Assembly: GCA_964016885.1 (NCBI GenBank)
Contig: OZ024743.1
Coordinates: forward strand, 169,756,001-169,820,000
From: Eledone cirrhosa
Taxonomy: Eukaryota
Direction of reading: 5' to 3'
DNA: 64,000 nucleotides
Below the pieces are notes generated by a model. It did not search any database. It saw nothing but the letters and a program-made list of their open reading frames with translations, and was not told the DNA's origin. Positions 35,955-48,891 of this stretch are shown in pieces. Both the position numbers and the translations under genes were made by a program. Numbering within the stretch: the first letter of the stretch is position 1; each line of letters starts with the position of its first letter.

Positions 35955-38900
35955 CTAGCTGAGGTACCTGGCTTTGTCCAGGAGAACAGTTAAGAGAAGA
36001 CGGATAAAAGAGAAAACGACTGTATTGGATGTGTTGTCTGATTTTACAGTATGAGGTGTGTCTGTGTGAGAGAGACATAAAAAGACAATAATAAAACTTC
36101 CTTATTAGGCTGGGGAGTAAACTGCTGAATAAATGGTAGCATTGGCCTTGGATTTTAAATGTGAAATAACCATAGTGAATATGATCTTTTTCAGCTCAAA
36201 GGACGTTATTATGCCGCATAACATTGCTTCTGAAGTTTATTCTGCCTTGATGAGTCCTTTGTGCTCATCAAGTTTGCATCACAACTCTCATTGCCTCTTG
36301 GTAATTTTCATATTGAACCTCTGTTTGTTGCGATAGTCTTTCTTCTTGCCGTAGACTTTCTGTTTCCTGTCTCAGATTCTATACACTTTCAGAAAGTTGC
36401 GATCGTCTTTCTTGTCTTAACCTTTCTGTTTCCTGTCTCATATGATTTGTCCCTTTATTCCCAAATCTTTTTTTATATTGTTCAAAGGCAATCAAAGATA
36501 TGAAGACAGGCAAGACAGATGGGCCTTCGGAGATAGTTGCTGAGATGTTGAAAGCATCTGGAATTGTGGGACATACTATGGTCACCCGAATAGTAAACTA
36601 AGTAATACAGAATGGGGTCATACCAAATGACTGGCGTAGCAGCATCATCATTAACTGCTACAAGGGTAAAGAAGATGCTCTAGATAGGGGGAACTATAGA
36701 GGTATTAAGTAAGTTGACCAGGTCATGAAGGTCACAGAAAGAGTTATAGCACAACTAATCAGAGATCAAATTGATCTAGATGAAATGCAGTTTGGGTTTG
36801 TGTCAAGTGCTCTTTTCCTGCTACGATAACTACAGGAGAAGTACCTAGCTAAAAGTAAACCCCTCTACTTAGCTTTTGTTGACTTAGAGAAAGCCTTTGA
36901 CAGAGTCCCCCGCTCCATTATCTGGTGGGCTCTTAGAAAACTAGGTGTAGATGAATGGCTTGTGAGAGCTATACAAGCCATGTATAAAGAAAGTCAGTAA
37001 GGTTAGAATTAACAATGAATATAGTGAAGAATTTAGCGTAAAAGTTGGTGTTCATCAAGGCTCTGTCCTTAGCCCCCTCCTATTTATTATTGCCCTTCAG
37101 GCTATAACAGAAGAGTTTAAGACCAGCTGCCCATGGGAACCTCTATACGCAGATGATCTAACTCTCATAGCTGAATCGATGGCTGAACTAGAGAAGAAAT
37201 TCCAAACATGGAAACATGGCTTAGAATCAAAAGGCCTTAAAGTTAACTTGTCTAAGACTAAAGTTCTAGTATGTAGAAAGGAAAATAGGGCGCAGGTGCC
37301 CTCTGGAAAATGGCCATGCTAAGTGTGTAGGAAAGGAGTAGGTAGAAATTCCATTTTATGTCCCAAATGCAAACTATGGGTACATAAAAGATGTAGTGGG
37401 ATCACAGGTAAGCTATCTAAGAATGTAGATTTTATATCTGGCCGAATCTCAGGTGCAATAAGTAGCAAGTGTCCGCAGGATACTAGCTCCTTCTATAGCC
37501 CAGATAGTTCTATAGAAATAGTGGACACTTTCCGTTACCTGGGTGACAAAATCAGCAGTGGTGGAGGGTGCTCTGAAAGTACAGTAGCCAGAGTTAGAAC
37601 GGGATAGAAAAAGTTTAAAGAGCTTATACTGCTGTTGGTCACAAAAGGTCTCTCTAAAAATGAAAGGCAGATTGTATGATGGCTGTATACAAACAGCAAT
37701 GTTACATGTCAGTGAGTGCAGAGGACCTACACAGACTGGAAAGGAACGAAGCATGCATGCTCCGATGGATGTGTAATAGTAATATACATGAAGAGCAAAA
37801 TATAAATGAACTAACTGATAAATTAGTAATAAGAGGGATTAGATGCTGTTTACTTGAGAGAGGACTACATTGGTATGGTCACATGATGCACATGAAAGAC
37901 AACAACTGTATACAAAAAAAGTGCAGGGCTATCAAAATTGATGGAAGTTACAATGTAGGTAGACCCAGAAAAACCTGGGACGATTTGATAAATTCCGACC
38001 TTACACACTTGCACCTCTCTAAGACGATGTCACCGGACCAAGATCTTTGGCGCTACGCAGTGAAATAACCATGTGAAATAAGTGAAATAAGTGAAATAAC
38101 CGGAAGACCCGCCTTGCCTTAGTAGGCACCTCTTAACCAAATATACACCCCAACCCACTACCTCTACTCCATCCTCCCACTCCGACCAATACCACCTTTT
38201 CTCTGTAAAGTTATGTTGGTACCACAACATCCACTAATGAGGTCGTGTGGGTGTCACAACAAAAAAACACAGTCCATGCTGTAATGTGGTTGTGTAGGTA
38301 ACACGTTAAAAAGCTCCCAGTCCACACTGTAAATGTGGTTGGTGTTAGGAAGGGCATCCAGTCAATCTTGCTTCAAGTGGGACAATTCCCGTTTAACCCA
38401 TGCTAGCGTGGAAGATAGACGTTAAACGATGAGGATGATGATTTCTCTTTCGCTTGAAGATTTCAACCATTTTGCGGACATTGTAAGTCCCCTGATAGAT
38501 GAGCGATGGTGACATGATAAAATCAATTTTCTTGGAACATATCGTGAAAAAAAACAAAACAATATAAAGCAATATAAAAAAATAGAAATGAATGCAAATA
38601 GCAACCTTAGAGAATAGGTTGACACTCTGCCATCTGAATTAGGTCAATAATAACATTACTCTATCCTCAAAAGGCTAGATTAATATATACCGTAGATTCA
38701 TTTCAAATAGTATCAATTTTTTCTGTGTTCTGTAAAATAAAAGACTGGTGTAAAAGAACTTTATAAAAGCTAATGCAATATTGTTAAACCTTCAACTGAT
38801 ACTTTGATCTATATTTTAAGCCGATTCTAGACTTTTGTGGGGCGTCACACACACACACACACCTTCACTGATGCACACATACATGCACACAGAAACAAAC

Positions 38901-39530
38901 ATACAGCGTCTCTCTAACTTTCTCTGCTAATAGTTACTTCCACCCCCCACCCCCCCTTTCCTGTACACTAGCGTAGTCTTGTCTCACACAGTTACACACA
39001 CATACAGCCTCTCTCTCCTGCCACAACTCTCTCTCAATGTGTGGTCTCTTTCAATTTCTTTTACTCTGCTACAAACTTCTCTCTGTGTTACTTTTTCTCC
39101 TGTCTCTTTCTCTTTCTCTCACACATATTCTCCCTCACCCCCTGTAACTCTTTCTCTTTTCTCTGTTCACTCTCTCTCTCTCTCTTTCTCTCCCTCTCAC
39201 TCATTCATTGGTATTAGAGATGGTGGCCGTGAAACAATCAAGAACGCACAGATCTCCCTTTCTGTCTGTCTGTCTCTCTCTCTCTCTCTCACTGTCTTTC
39301 TCTCTCTCTCTTTATATATATGTGTGTGTGTTTAAACCTGCGTTCATTGCCATTCTCTATCTATCTGAATATCTAACACTTTAATTGTATTTCTTTCTGT
39401 ATAATGACATCTCTCTCTCCCTCTCTACTCCGCCCTCTGTCTCTCTCTCTCTCTTTAGATGTGTGTGTGTGTAGTTTTCGTGTGATTAAACCAACCAACC
39501 AACCAATAAACATCTCTCTTTTATATTATA
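35955..39530 (-). mobile_element. Helitron deletion derivative (family C) interrupted by an RTE
   Basis: CTAG|T end with hairpin at 35955-35985. Reverse-strand FTFKIQGQCYHLFSSLLP (Rep N-terminus) and 69-bp repeats. A 5'-end-like TATAATATAAAAGAGAGATG at ~39530, though the terminal TC is not visible. Confidence 0.65.
36484..38440 (+). mobile_element. RTE-clade LINE, 5'-truncated
   Basis: High similarity to 4340-5950 and 18880-20890, with the tail present. Confidence 0.95.
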
Positions 39531-40559
39531 TTAGCAGAGGTACCCGGCGTTGCTCGGGTATTAAATAGCAATTGTGTCAATACTTCAGTGCTGCTTCGAA
39601 AACTATACTTTTACAAAATCATCGGCTTTTTCCAAAAGGGGGTTCCTGCACCCAGGGGTCTCCTACTCAATATGTGCCAATTCTGAGAGTTCACATTCGT
39701 CTGTAGCACAAACGTGTCAAGTTTTGTGAAAATCGGTTGCGAACTCCAGAAGTCATGACGTTTTGTTGCATTGCACTGCAGTGCTTCAGTCGACTCCAAG
39801 GAAGCGGTTAAAGGGGGTTATCTGCCGGGAGGCCCTATAATCAATATCTGAGAAAATGAAAGTGCCCATGACCATCCGGAGTACATAAGTAACCAATGTC
39901 TTAAGTTTGGTGAAAATACTGTAGAAATGCATAAGGTTTATACATACGTGCATGCGTGCGTGCGCGCGTGTGTGTTTGTGGGTGTGTATGTATTTGTGTG
40001 TGTCCGTCGGGGCATACGTATGTACTGGCCTAAATCTTCACTATTTACTTTTACTATTTTAATAACCTCTGTAATTTTCGTTTTCAATTTTATTTACATC
40101 ATTCTTAAAGTCCGGGGCTGGAAATCATTCTGTTATTTTAACTAGAATATTAGTCTAACGGCTCCATTTATACCATAAACTTGGTCTTGTCTTTGCATGA
40201 AATTGTTCTTATCGATCCACATAACGACGTATTATCCTCGCTTTTTTTCCCGTTCATTGCCAGGGAACGTCTTCACGAACCAAAATATCGTCTTCGTTCG
40301 GTTGGAACGTTTCTCGAAATAGTTACTTCTGCGTTCACAGATTACTCTCAGTTCAATTTGAATGGGAAATTCCTGTTTCATCGATTTTCTCCGTAACCAT
40401 GGAAGCTTGTAGCTTGAAAGTCGACCCAACGCATCCCCGGGTGATTCTGCATAACTGTGTAAATTTTTGCTGCATTCCACCAAGCCGTTTCGACGTTTAT
40501 CCGACTACACTACTTACTTAAATATACAACGTCCGACCACTTCCAATTTATATAGTAGA
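39531..40559 (-). mobile_element. Non-autonomous Helitron, family A (second copy)
   Basis: Colinear with 927-2000. TCTACTATA 5' end, hairpin and CTAA 3' end. Confidence 0.92.
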
Positions 40560-40916
40560 CTAGCAGAATGGTCCGGCGTTGCTCGGGATTTGCTCTAGAG
40601 TTCTTATATATTTGATATATATATTTATCCTTATCGAGCCTCGTGAAATAAATACGTTTGTTTATATTTTGTTATTGTGTATGCAAAAAATCTGTACACG
40701 AATATATAATTATATATATTTAAGAGTTATATCTGTAAATATCTCATAAATTATATTATAGAGACTGTTGTCATTATTATAAGTAATTTTGGTAAAGATT
40801 ACCTTTGTGGGGATATCGAACATTATATGTATATTTTCTTTCTTTCGCGGGTTTCGTAAATCCTTTAAATTTGTCTTCATAAAATTTGAATTTTAGAAAT
40901 TTAACATAATTATATT

Positions 40917-41102
40917 AGGGCGGTGGATTGGCAGTATCGGTAGAGGGTCGGACGCCATGCTTTCCAGCATAGTTACGTCCCTTTACGATCTGAGTTCAAA
41001 TCCCGCCGAGGTTGACTTTGCCTTTCATCCTTACGGGGTCTATAAAACAAAGTACCAGTAATGCACTGGGTAATTGCTGGCCTTGTGCCTAAAGTAGAAA
41101 CA
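40917..41102 (+). mobile_element. Nin/Deu-like SINE copy
   Basis: Near-identical to 8927-9112. Confidence 0.92.
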
Positions 41103-41574
41103 ATTATAATATTAATACAAATACCCATCAACTTTTAAAACCTAAAATTTGATTCTTTACCCTGAAATAACATAAATTAAATATTTTGAAAATTAACCGC
41201 CAACTCTATATGAATATGTGTATGTAGAAACTTGAGCATAAATTACTCCCCTTTGTCTCTCTCTCTTTATTTATCTTTCATTTGTCTTCTCACGCTAAAT
41301 ACTAAATAAGTTATAACATCAGCTACGTCTTCCTCTATGCTTTCCTCTCCCGCATATTTCTATAGTAGTTTTTTAAATATTAAAAATTCTATAACTGTTA
41401 CATTGATGCCATGTATTTCTTAAAATATATTACTCACACTCTCTCTATTGATTGTATTACGTTCTCTCATGTTCTCAATATTAGGGTATAAATATTGAGT
41501 TTTCTCATAAGTTAATCACTACGTTGATTAAATCTTAACCATCTACCATGTCAGGGTATGTCATGTATCATTTT

Positions 41575-41639
41575 ATTTTATCTGATGAGGACGTACTGTT
41601 GAACTTAATTCAGTACCTCTGAAATATGTATATTAAAAT
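41575..41639 (+). ncRNA. Minimal type I hammerhead ribozyme motif (Penelope-type)
   Basis: CUGAUGA at 41582-41588, 9/10-bp stem II, GAAA at 41621-41624, short self-complementary stem III, AUA triplet and a 6-bp stem I. Confidence 0.6.
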
Positions 41640-41971
41640 TTAATTGATCACAAGAATATCTATTTTGTTAATATTTGGAATTAATATTATATATATGTAT
41701 ATACATACCCAGCTTATGCTGATAGAATAACTATGTAGCTTGTGCCTCTTCCTATCTACGGTTAGCTTTTCTCTTTGTTGTTTACTTGTCTCACTCGCTT
41801 TACGCGTTTTAATTGTCCTAATAACTTAATGTAGTTATTATTGCACCAACGTGAGGTATATGATTTTTAATGCAATGAAATATCTATGATCGTTGGCATA
41901 TCACTGATGAGGGACTCATTTTATAACATGTTATCCATGTGCAACCTGCAGTATTCTTCTCTCTATTTTTT

Positions 41972-42027
<56 letters not shown>

Positions 42028-42586
42028 TAACAGATTAAAGTTCAAGCAAAGAATCGCTGCTTTCGCCCTTAACGGGATCTACCTAAAAGCAGTATGAAGT
42101 ACACTAAGACTAACTGATGTAATCGTTGGCCTTGTTTGTTTATATTTTGTTTTTGCAAAAATATCTGTACACGAATATCTATATTAAAATAACATATTAA
42201 AGTTTAAGCAAAGAATCGCTGCTTTCAACCTTAACGGGGTCTTTTGAAACTAAAAAATCAATCTGTGAACGCAGATGTAAATATTTCGAAAAACGTTGCA
42301 ACCGAAGGAAAACAGGAAGACGATATTTTGGTTCGTGAAGACGTTCCACCATAAGTATTACATGTGTAAAGTTTTAAAACAATCGGCTGGGCGGTTCTCG
42401 AGTTTTAGTAATTGAACAGGCAGACAGACAGACAAACAGACATTATCTAGTTTAGTAATGTAGATCATCATCATCATCATCATCTTCATTTTACGTGATG
42501 ATGATGATGATGATGATGATCTATATTACTAAAACTATGTGTTTGTCTGTCTGCCTGTTCAATCACTAAAACTCGAGAACCGCCCA

Positions 42587-42617
<31 letters not shown>

Positions 42618-42707
42618 TCATCATTATCACATTTCTGTTTTTCCTGCTTGCAAGGGTTGGACGAGTCATCACAGATCTAGTTAATACTTACCATATATAA
42701 TAGATAT

Positions 42708-45700
42708 GTTTCTTTATTAGCCACAGGGTCACAAAAGAAGGGGACAAATACGAAGGGGGAAGTTTACATACAATAAAAACGTGTAAAATATTATCACAAA
42801 TGCAATTTAAAAATTAATCGATTTTCCCCAATAGGGGGAGACATTACATATGGGTAACACATACCCCCGAAAAAAAATGTGGAACCCTCATCTCCAGGAA
42901 TACGAAGAGTTTGTACTCCTTTCCTCTCCTCCTCTTTTTCCTCAACCTACAGGCTGATATAGAGAGAAGGCCCATTCACTCGGGCCATTCTCGCCACTTT
43001 CACCCACCTTTCATAAAACTTGCTGCGGTACAGGACCTCTCTCTCCATCCTGATTCTTCTTCCAAAGTGGTATTTGAAAAAAAGAATCAGTTGTTGACCG
43101 GAGAGAAAGGTGTCTGACCTCAGCCCATTCAACCTTGTCCACCATACAACCTCTTTCGCCATAGCTATCACACAAAGGAAAACCGCCTCTCCTTCGTTTT
43201 TGAAGTAGGGTGGCGGTTTGATCATGACAATGGACTCGGTGGTCAACTGGATTGCTCCCACCCGCGACAATAGTCGTTCCACATAGCCCCACAGGTCGGT
43301 GACGCCCGGGCAGTGTATGAATTCGTGCGCGACGGTTTCTTCGTCTCGTACGCACCTCGGACAGATCTTTTTTGCAGGGTCCCTGCCCGGGCACCCATGT
43401 CTGTAGAGCTTGTCTCGAACTGGTAGAGCTCCTCGGTAGCACTGCCAGGCCAGGGACTTTTGGAAGTTGTCCATCGGTCCCGGGCGGAAGGTCCTACAGA
43501 CTGGCCAGTTCGTCTTCCTCTACGCCCAGAGTTTCACCGAGCACGTCGTCGCACTTGCTGCGGATCAACCCTGTATAGAATGACGAAGTGGAGTCTCCAC
43601 TGATCGCCGGGTCCGCCTGCCAGAGGGCTGTGAGCGCCTGAGCACATTCGATGTGCTAGTCGCCCATTTTCCTCGGTCTTTGCTTGACCCAGGACTGCAG
43701 TTCGGTCAGCGAGACGAGTCGTGGGAAGGCTCGCCTCACGAACGGGGCCCACAGCGGTTGTCCAGTGAGGAATACGTAGAGATGCCGCAGTCTGAGCGCG
43801 TGTTTGCGCATCGTCAGCCACGGCATCCCCAGCCCTCCGTTGGAAGGGCGTTGGCAGCAGATGGATCTTCTCACCAAAGGAGCCCGCCTCTTCCAAAGGA
43901 ATTGGAAGAGCGCGCGCTCCATTTTGGCGAGCGTTTTGGCTGGACAAGGCACGACGGTCAAGCGGTAGTAGATGGCGGACGCTATAAAAGTGTTCGACAC
44001 CTCCGCTCGACCTTTCAAGGATAGTTTGCACTCGGCCCACTTCTGGGTGAGTGCAAACACCTTAGCCGACACCTCGTTCCAGTTCTTCTCCACCTGGAGG
44101 TCCGGACCAAACCAGACCCCGAGCAGCTTTACCGGTCCTTCCGTCCAGCATCCGACGACGCCATCGGAAGGCATCGGTTTGCCTCTCCACGATCCGAGTT
44201 GCAAACCGATGGACTTGTCCCGGTTCAGCTTCGCTCCTGTGAACCTTTCGTATTCCTCCAGTAAGGTGCCGACTTCCTCGATTTGCGAGGCGCTCGACAC
44301 CATTACTGGCAAGTCGGCGTAGGCCGATGCCGCTTTCCGCAGTCCCAGTTCCAGAGGGAGCCCTGCAATAGCTCCAACTTCCGCAGTAGTGGCTCGAGAG
44401 TCAATACGTACAGAAGGGAGGAGAGAGGGCATCCCTGTCGAATGGATCGCGTGATATGGAACGGCTCCGAGAGGTAGCCGTTCACCTTAACCCTTGAGCA
44501 GATGTTGCTGTTATTCATTGCAGCAATCCAGCCCCTGAACACGGGTCCGAAGCCTGCCGCCTCGAGCACCGCATCCAGGTAACGATGGTCAACCCTATCG
44601 AAAGCCTTAGACTGATCCAAGTTGATCAGGACCCTACCGAAGCCGGGTTTACACCCTACCCTCTCTATGATGTATCGCATGAGGTGGAGGTTGTCGTGTA
44701 TGGACCTGGTCGGGATTGCGCATGTCTGCGCTTCTCGCACCAGGTTCTCGACGACAAGCGCCAGCCTCTTTGCCAACACGTGGCCAAAACCTGTAACTCT
44801 GTGTTTAGCAGAGTTATGGGCCGGAAGTTGCCTATGTCATCCCCCTTATTCTCGTCCTTCCTGACTAGTGTGACTACGCCCCCGGTCACAGAACTGGGAA
44901 TTCTCCCGTTCTGTTGCCAGTTGCAGTAGACCGCTTCGAGGAGACCGGAGAATAAGTCCGGCATTGCTACGTAAAATTCGTAGGGTAGACCGTCGAGACC
45001 TGGAGATTTGCGTTTGCCGCATTGGCTCAACGCGTCCCCTATCTCAGCGGCTGAAATCGGCTTTTCGCAGAACTTTGCCTCGCTGCCCGAGAGTCGCGGT
45101 AGGCCGTCGAGGTATGGACCGAAATCCATAGCCCCTCCCGGCGCGCCGCCCTGACCGAACAGCTGAGCAAAGTGCCGCTGAAAGGCCGCACACATCTGCT
45201 TCGGCTCACGTATCACGCGTCCGTTTTGGTCCTTCAAAGACCGAATCGTGGACTTGTTGCCACTTTTTGCCTCCGTCACTTGGGCCCAGCTAACAGCTTT
45301 GGCTCCCTCGTTTCACAAAGCACGTATTTTGCTTCTGACAACGCAGCCCTCATGCTTTGCGTCGAAGAACTGGTCCAAGGCCGTTCTCGTTGCTAGCACG
45401 CTGGCTACGTTGCCACTTCTAATTGCCTCTTCTACTTTATCTACCAGTTCTTTCTCGGTTCTATTTCTATCTAACGCTAATTATTTACTAAAAACTAACG
45501 AGTCTAATCTAACTGCCCTCTTGAGAGAGTACCACCATCTGTTGTTGACACTGTCAAATGCTGTTTAACTAAAGTGCTAATCCGTCTACTGTAGGCTTTG
45601 CATGTCGGTAACGACAAGTTCAGCTTCCAGTAGCCGGGTCCTTGTCTATGGGTTCTATCAAGGTTGGCCATGCAGGTCACTATTTTGTGATCTGAATAGG

Positions 45701-47720
45701 CAACCATGAACATTTGTGGACAGCTTAACATGTCCCTATCCTTATTTCTAACTAGAACCCTATCTAGGTACGATCTAGATGTTCCACTGCGATTAGTCCA
45801 CGTCAACAGTGGCACAGTCGGAAAATCTAGTCGATATCTATCGGCCAGGTCAAATCGGCCGATTAACTGTTTGAGGATGTTACACCCCCCTTTATCGGGA
45901 CATGCTCCCACATAGTCCCAACGTGCATCTAGGATTCCATTCCAGTCCCCCACTAAAAGCACGGAGCGGGACTTTCCCAGAAAAGTCTCTAGACGTTTGA
46001 AGAAGTCTGGCCGCGGTGCCCCGGATGGGGCATATGCGGCCACCAGCCTGAAGGCTACACCTTCACAACTATGGGTTTAACACAAGGATTATCCACGTCC
46101 TTAGGAAAGTTTTCCTTTAAAGACTTATAGGTGTCCGTAGGTACCCTAATCATCTTTAAATTAGGTTTGTCTACACAGTTCGAAAAAGTTTTCCCTTCGG
46201 TGAAAACCGAAGGGTCGTTGGAGATGACCTCCATTAAAGTTTTGTTTTTACTGTTTATGTATGTGTAATGTTCTCGTTGTGTTGCGATGGTTTTTGTCTG
46301 TTGTTCTTGTGGGAGCTTTCGTTTTGTTGTAGGTGTTTGTGTTTGGAGTGATGTCGTGGTTTTGTTTTCGGGACGGGGGGGTTTTGTTTGTAATGTTTGT
46401 GTTGGTGGTTGTATGTTTGTAGTGATGTTTGTTGTTTGTTTTTCTTGTGGTGTCTTTTCTTCTTTCTTTTCGAACGGAGAGGCTCTCCCTCATCATCACT
46501 TGGTGAGGATGTGGGGGCCTCGTCCGTTGTGGTGTCTGTGTTATTTGGAAGGGGTATGTTTTGGGGAGATGTTGTGTTTGTGGGTGTTTTTGCAGTGGTT
46601 TTAGGTGGAGTGGGGTTGGGTGGGACTGTGCTTGCAGGTTGGTTTGTTCTTGTTTTGGTTGTTTGCGTGTTGTTGTTGTTGTTGTTTTGGGTGTTGGCAG
46701 TAGTGCCTTTTTTTTTTAGTTAACTGAGGACAGTAAGCTTTCAGGTGACCACTGCTTAAACAGTGGTAACATGAAGGCCGTCTACCCTCAACAGAAATGT
46801 TTATGTGTGAAATTCCATCCAATGAAATTCCATCCAGTGAAATTCCATCCGATGAAGCCAGTTAGAATTCACCAGACGTTTACATTTGGTGCAATGTTCA
46901 AAATTTTTATTTTTTTAGTTCTTTTTCCCATATATGTGGGTGAAAAGGTGTAAAGGGGGGACACAATCGGCGATACAGAATATTTTTGTGCTGTCAATTG
47001 GTCTTTCAACAACACTGAAATGCTTCCAAAAAGTTTCCCTTTTTGGATGAAGGCAAATCCTTCATGGAATTCTTCAGAACCAGTTCAATATCGTTTTGGG
47101 ATAACTGAACTGGTTTTTTCGACACATTTGAAACCGTCCTAAAAATTACTGTTTTTAGAACAGTTTCTCTGCGTAACTGTTGAGGAGAAGTGATGCTGAA
47201 AGCACCACTCTCACCAAAAGTTACGTACTGTTTTGCATGGCTTAACATTTCCCTAGCATTGGAAATGTCAAGGTATGTGAACAGTTCCGTCTTTTGGACG
47301 GTTTGAGCAAAAGAAATCTTTTCCTTGTTCGTGTTGCTGTTGTTGTTGGTGGTGTTGTTGTTGTTCTGGTTGGTGTTGTTTATATTTTGCATGTTATTGG
47401 TGTTTGTGTTAGTGTTGATGTTACAATCAACGTCCGACATCGTGTTTTCAAAACTGACATTTTCGATGTCTTTCAATGAGGTGGTGAGAGGTGACTGCGA
47501 GCTTAACACTCTTACCGCCTCTCCACCACTTCTAGTTATGAACGCAGCGTTCATGACTGAATGCAAGGTTTGTTTACACTTTTTTTTTTAAGCTGAGAAA
47601 TATGTGACAAAAATATCGATGGTAAAATGGGGGTAGTTTATATTCAAAGTCAATATTTTGACGATTTTCACCAAATTTAAATTCTACGTAAATTATTTGC
47701 TAAAATGTCTGGAGTGGTTA
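42708..47720 (-). mobile_element. Near full-length Tx1/L1-clade LINE (ORF1 with CCHC knuckle; ORF2 EN-RT-Zn)
   Basis: ORF1 CYHCLSSGHLKAYC. ORF2 YAP..GDWN..YLDR..SDH, KSPGLDGLP, LDQSKAFDRV, RQGCPLS and CPRCVRDEETVAHEFIHC. AATAAA 3' end. Frameshifts present and the endonuclease N-terminus is missing. Confidence 0.93.
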
Positions 47721-48703
47721 TTTTACAATGAAGCAATTTTTCTATATTTACTATATCATCATGTGTGTTATTTAGACATTCCCTTGAGATAATTCTCAAT
47801 ACATTTTTATAATTTAAATTTTTTAATACATAAATATCCCTACACATACACACACGTGTGCGCCGACTGTTTTATTCTGTGACTTAATTTACTTTTTCCT
47901 TCAATCTTACTACTGTCTTGTATTTTATTGCTCTTGCTCGGCCTCTTATATATATATATATATATATCTCACTCTCACTTGTTGTCTCTCCTTCTCACTT
48001 CTACTATGAATCCTTACACAATGTTCTCTTAGTCAATCTTTTTCTTTCACCTATTCTCTATTCATTTTGTCCCCTTGCATATAGTTTCAATTTTCCCCTA
48101 ATGTTTTTAATGATCTCCATAATGGTTAAAGAAAATAGATTAAAAAAATATATATATCTTAAACTCTATGGGGTTGACTAATAATATATCAAATTTTATT
48201 GATTTTTCAAGTAATAATCTGGCTCTGGCTGAATTAAAAAGACTAGCAGAAAAACCACACTGCGGGTGGTTTTCTGCTAGCATGTGTAGTGTGTATATTG
48301 ATATTATACGCAAGTATATATACATGTAGATATGATAGATCAAATAAAATCGTAATTGACAATATAAACAGAAATTGAACGAAGACTGTGTTACACTGTC
48401 TTGTGCAATCAGTAACGTAATCCATGATACATTAAAAAAAGACAATATTATATAAACTGCATTAGGAGAAAATTAGTGACAGAAAAATAGTATGTTTATT
48501 TAAGTGATCGCCACCGGAAGTGTTGACATCACACACTCTCTCTTTCTATATATATGGCAGTTGCAGTGGTGGTGGTGGCAACGATATACCAGAAGTGCAA
48601 CTCTGAAAAGAAGTCAATTTTAAATTATTTATTTTTACGAAATTATTTTTGTTTACAAAATTTAGTAGATAAATTATGTAATATTCATTCATTATTTATT
48701 CAA

Positions 48704-48891
48704 CGGGCGGTGGATTGGCAGTATCGGTAGTGGGTCGGACACCATGCGTTGACGCATAGAGTTACGGCCCTTGCCATTCTGTGTTCAAATCTCGCCGAGG
48801 TTAACTTTGCCTTTCATCCTTACGGGGTTGATAAAATAAAGTACCAGTAATGTACTGGGTAATTGCTGGCCTTGTGCCAATAGTAGAAACA
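48704..48891 (+). mobile_element. Nin/Deu-like SINE copy
   Basis: 13-bp TSD ATTATTTATTCAA at 48691-48703 and 48892-48904. Confidence 0.93.

Larger units (their letters stand above)
40560..42464 (-). mobile_element. Non-autonomous Helitron, family B, with internal SINE and hammerhead-bearing segment
   Basis: 3' end CCCGAGCAACGCCGGACCATTCTGCTAG at 40560-40587 and 5' end A|TCTACATTACTAAA at 42464. Internal repeats near 40655 and 42135. Confidence 0.75.
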
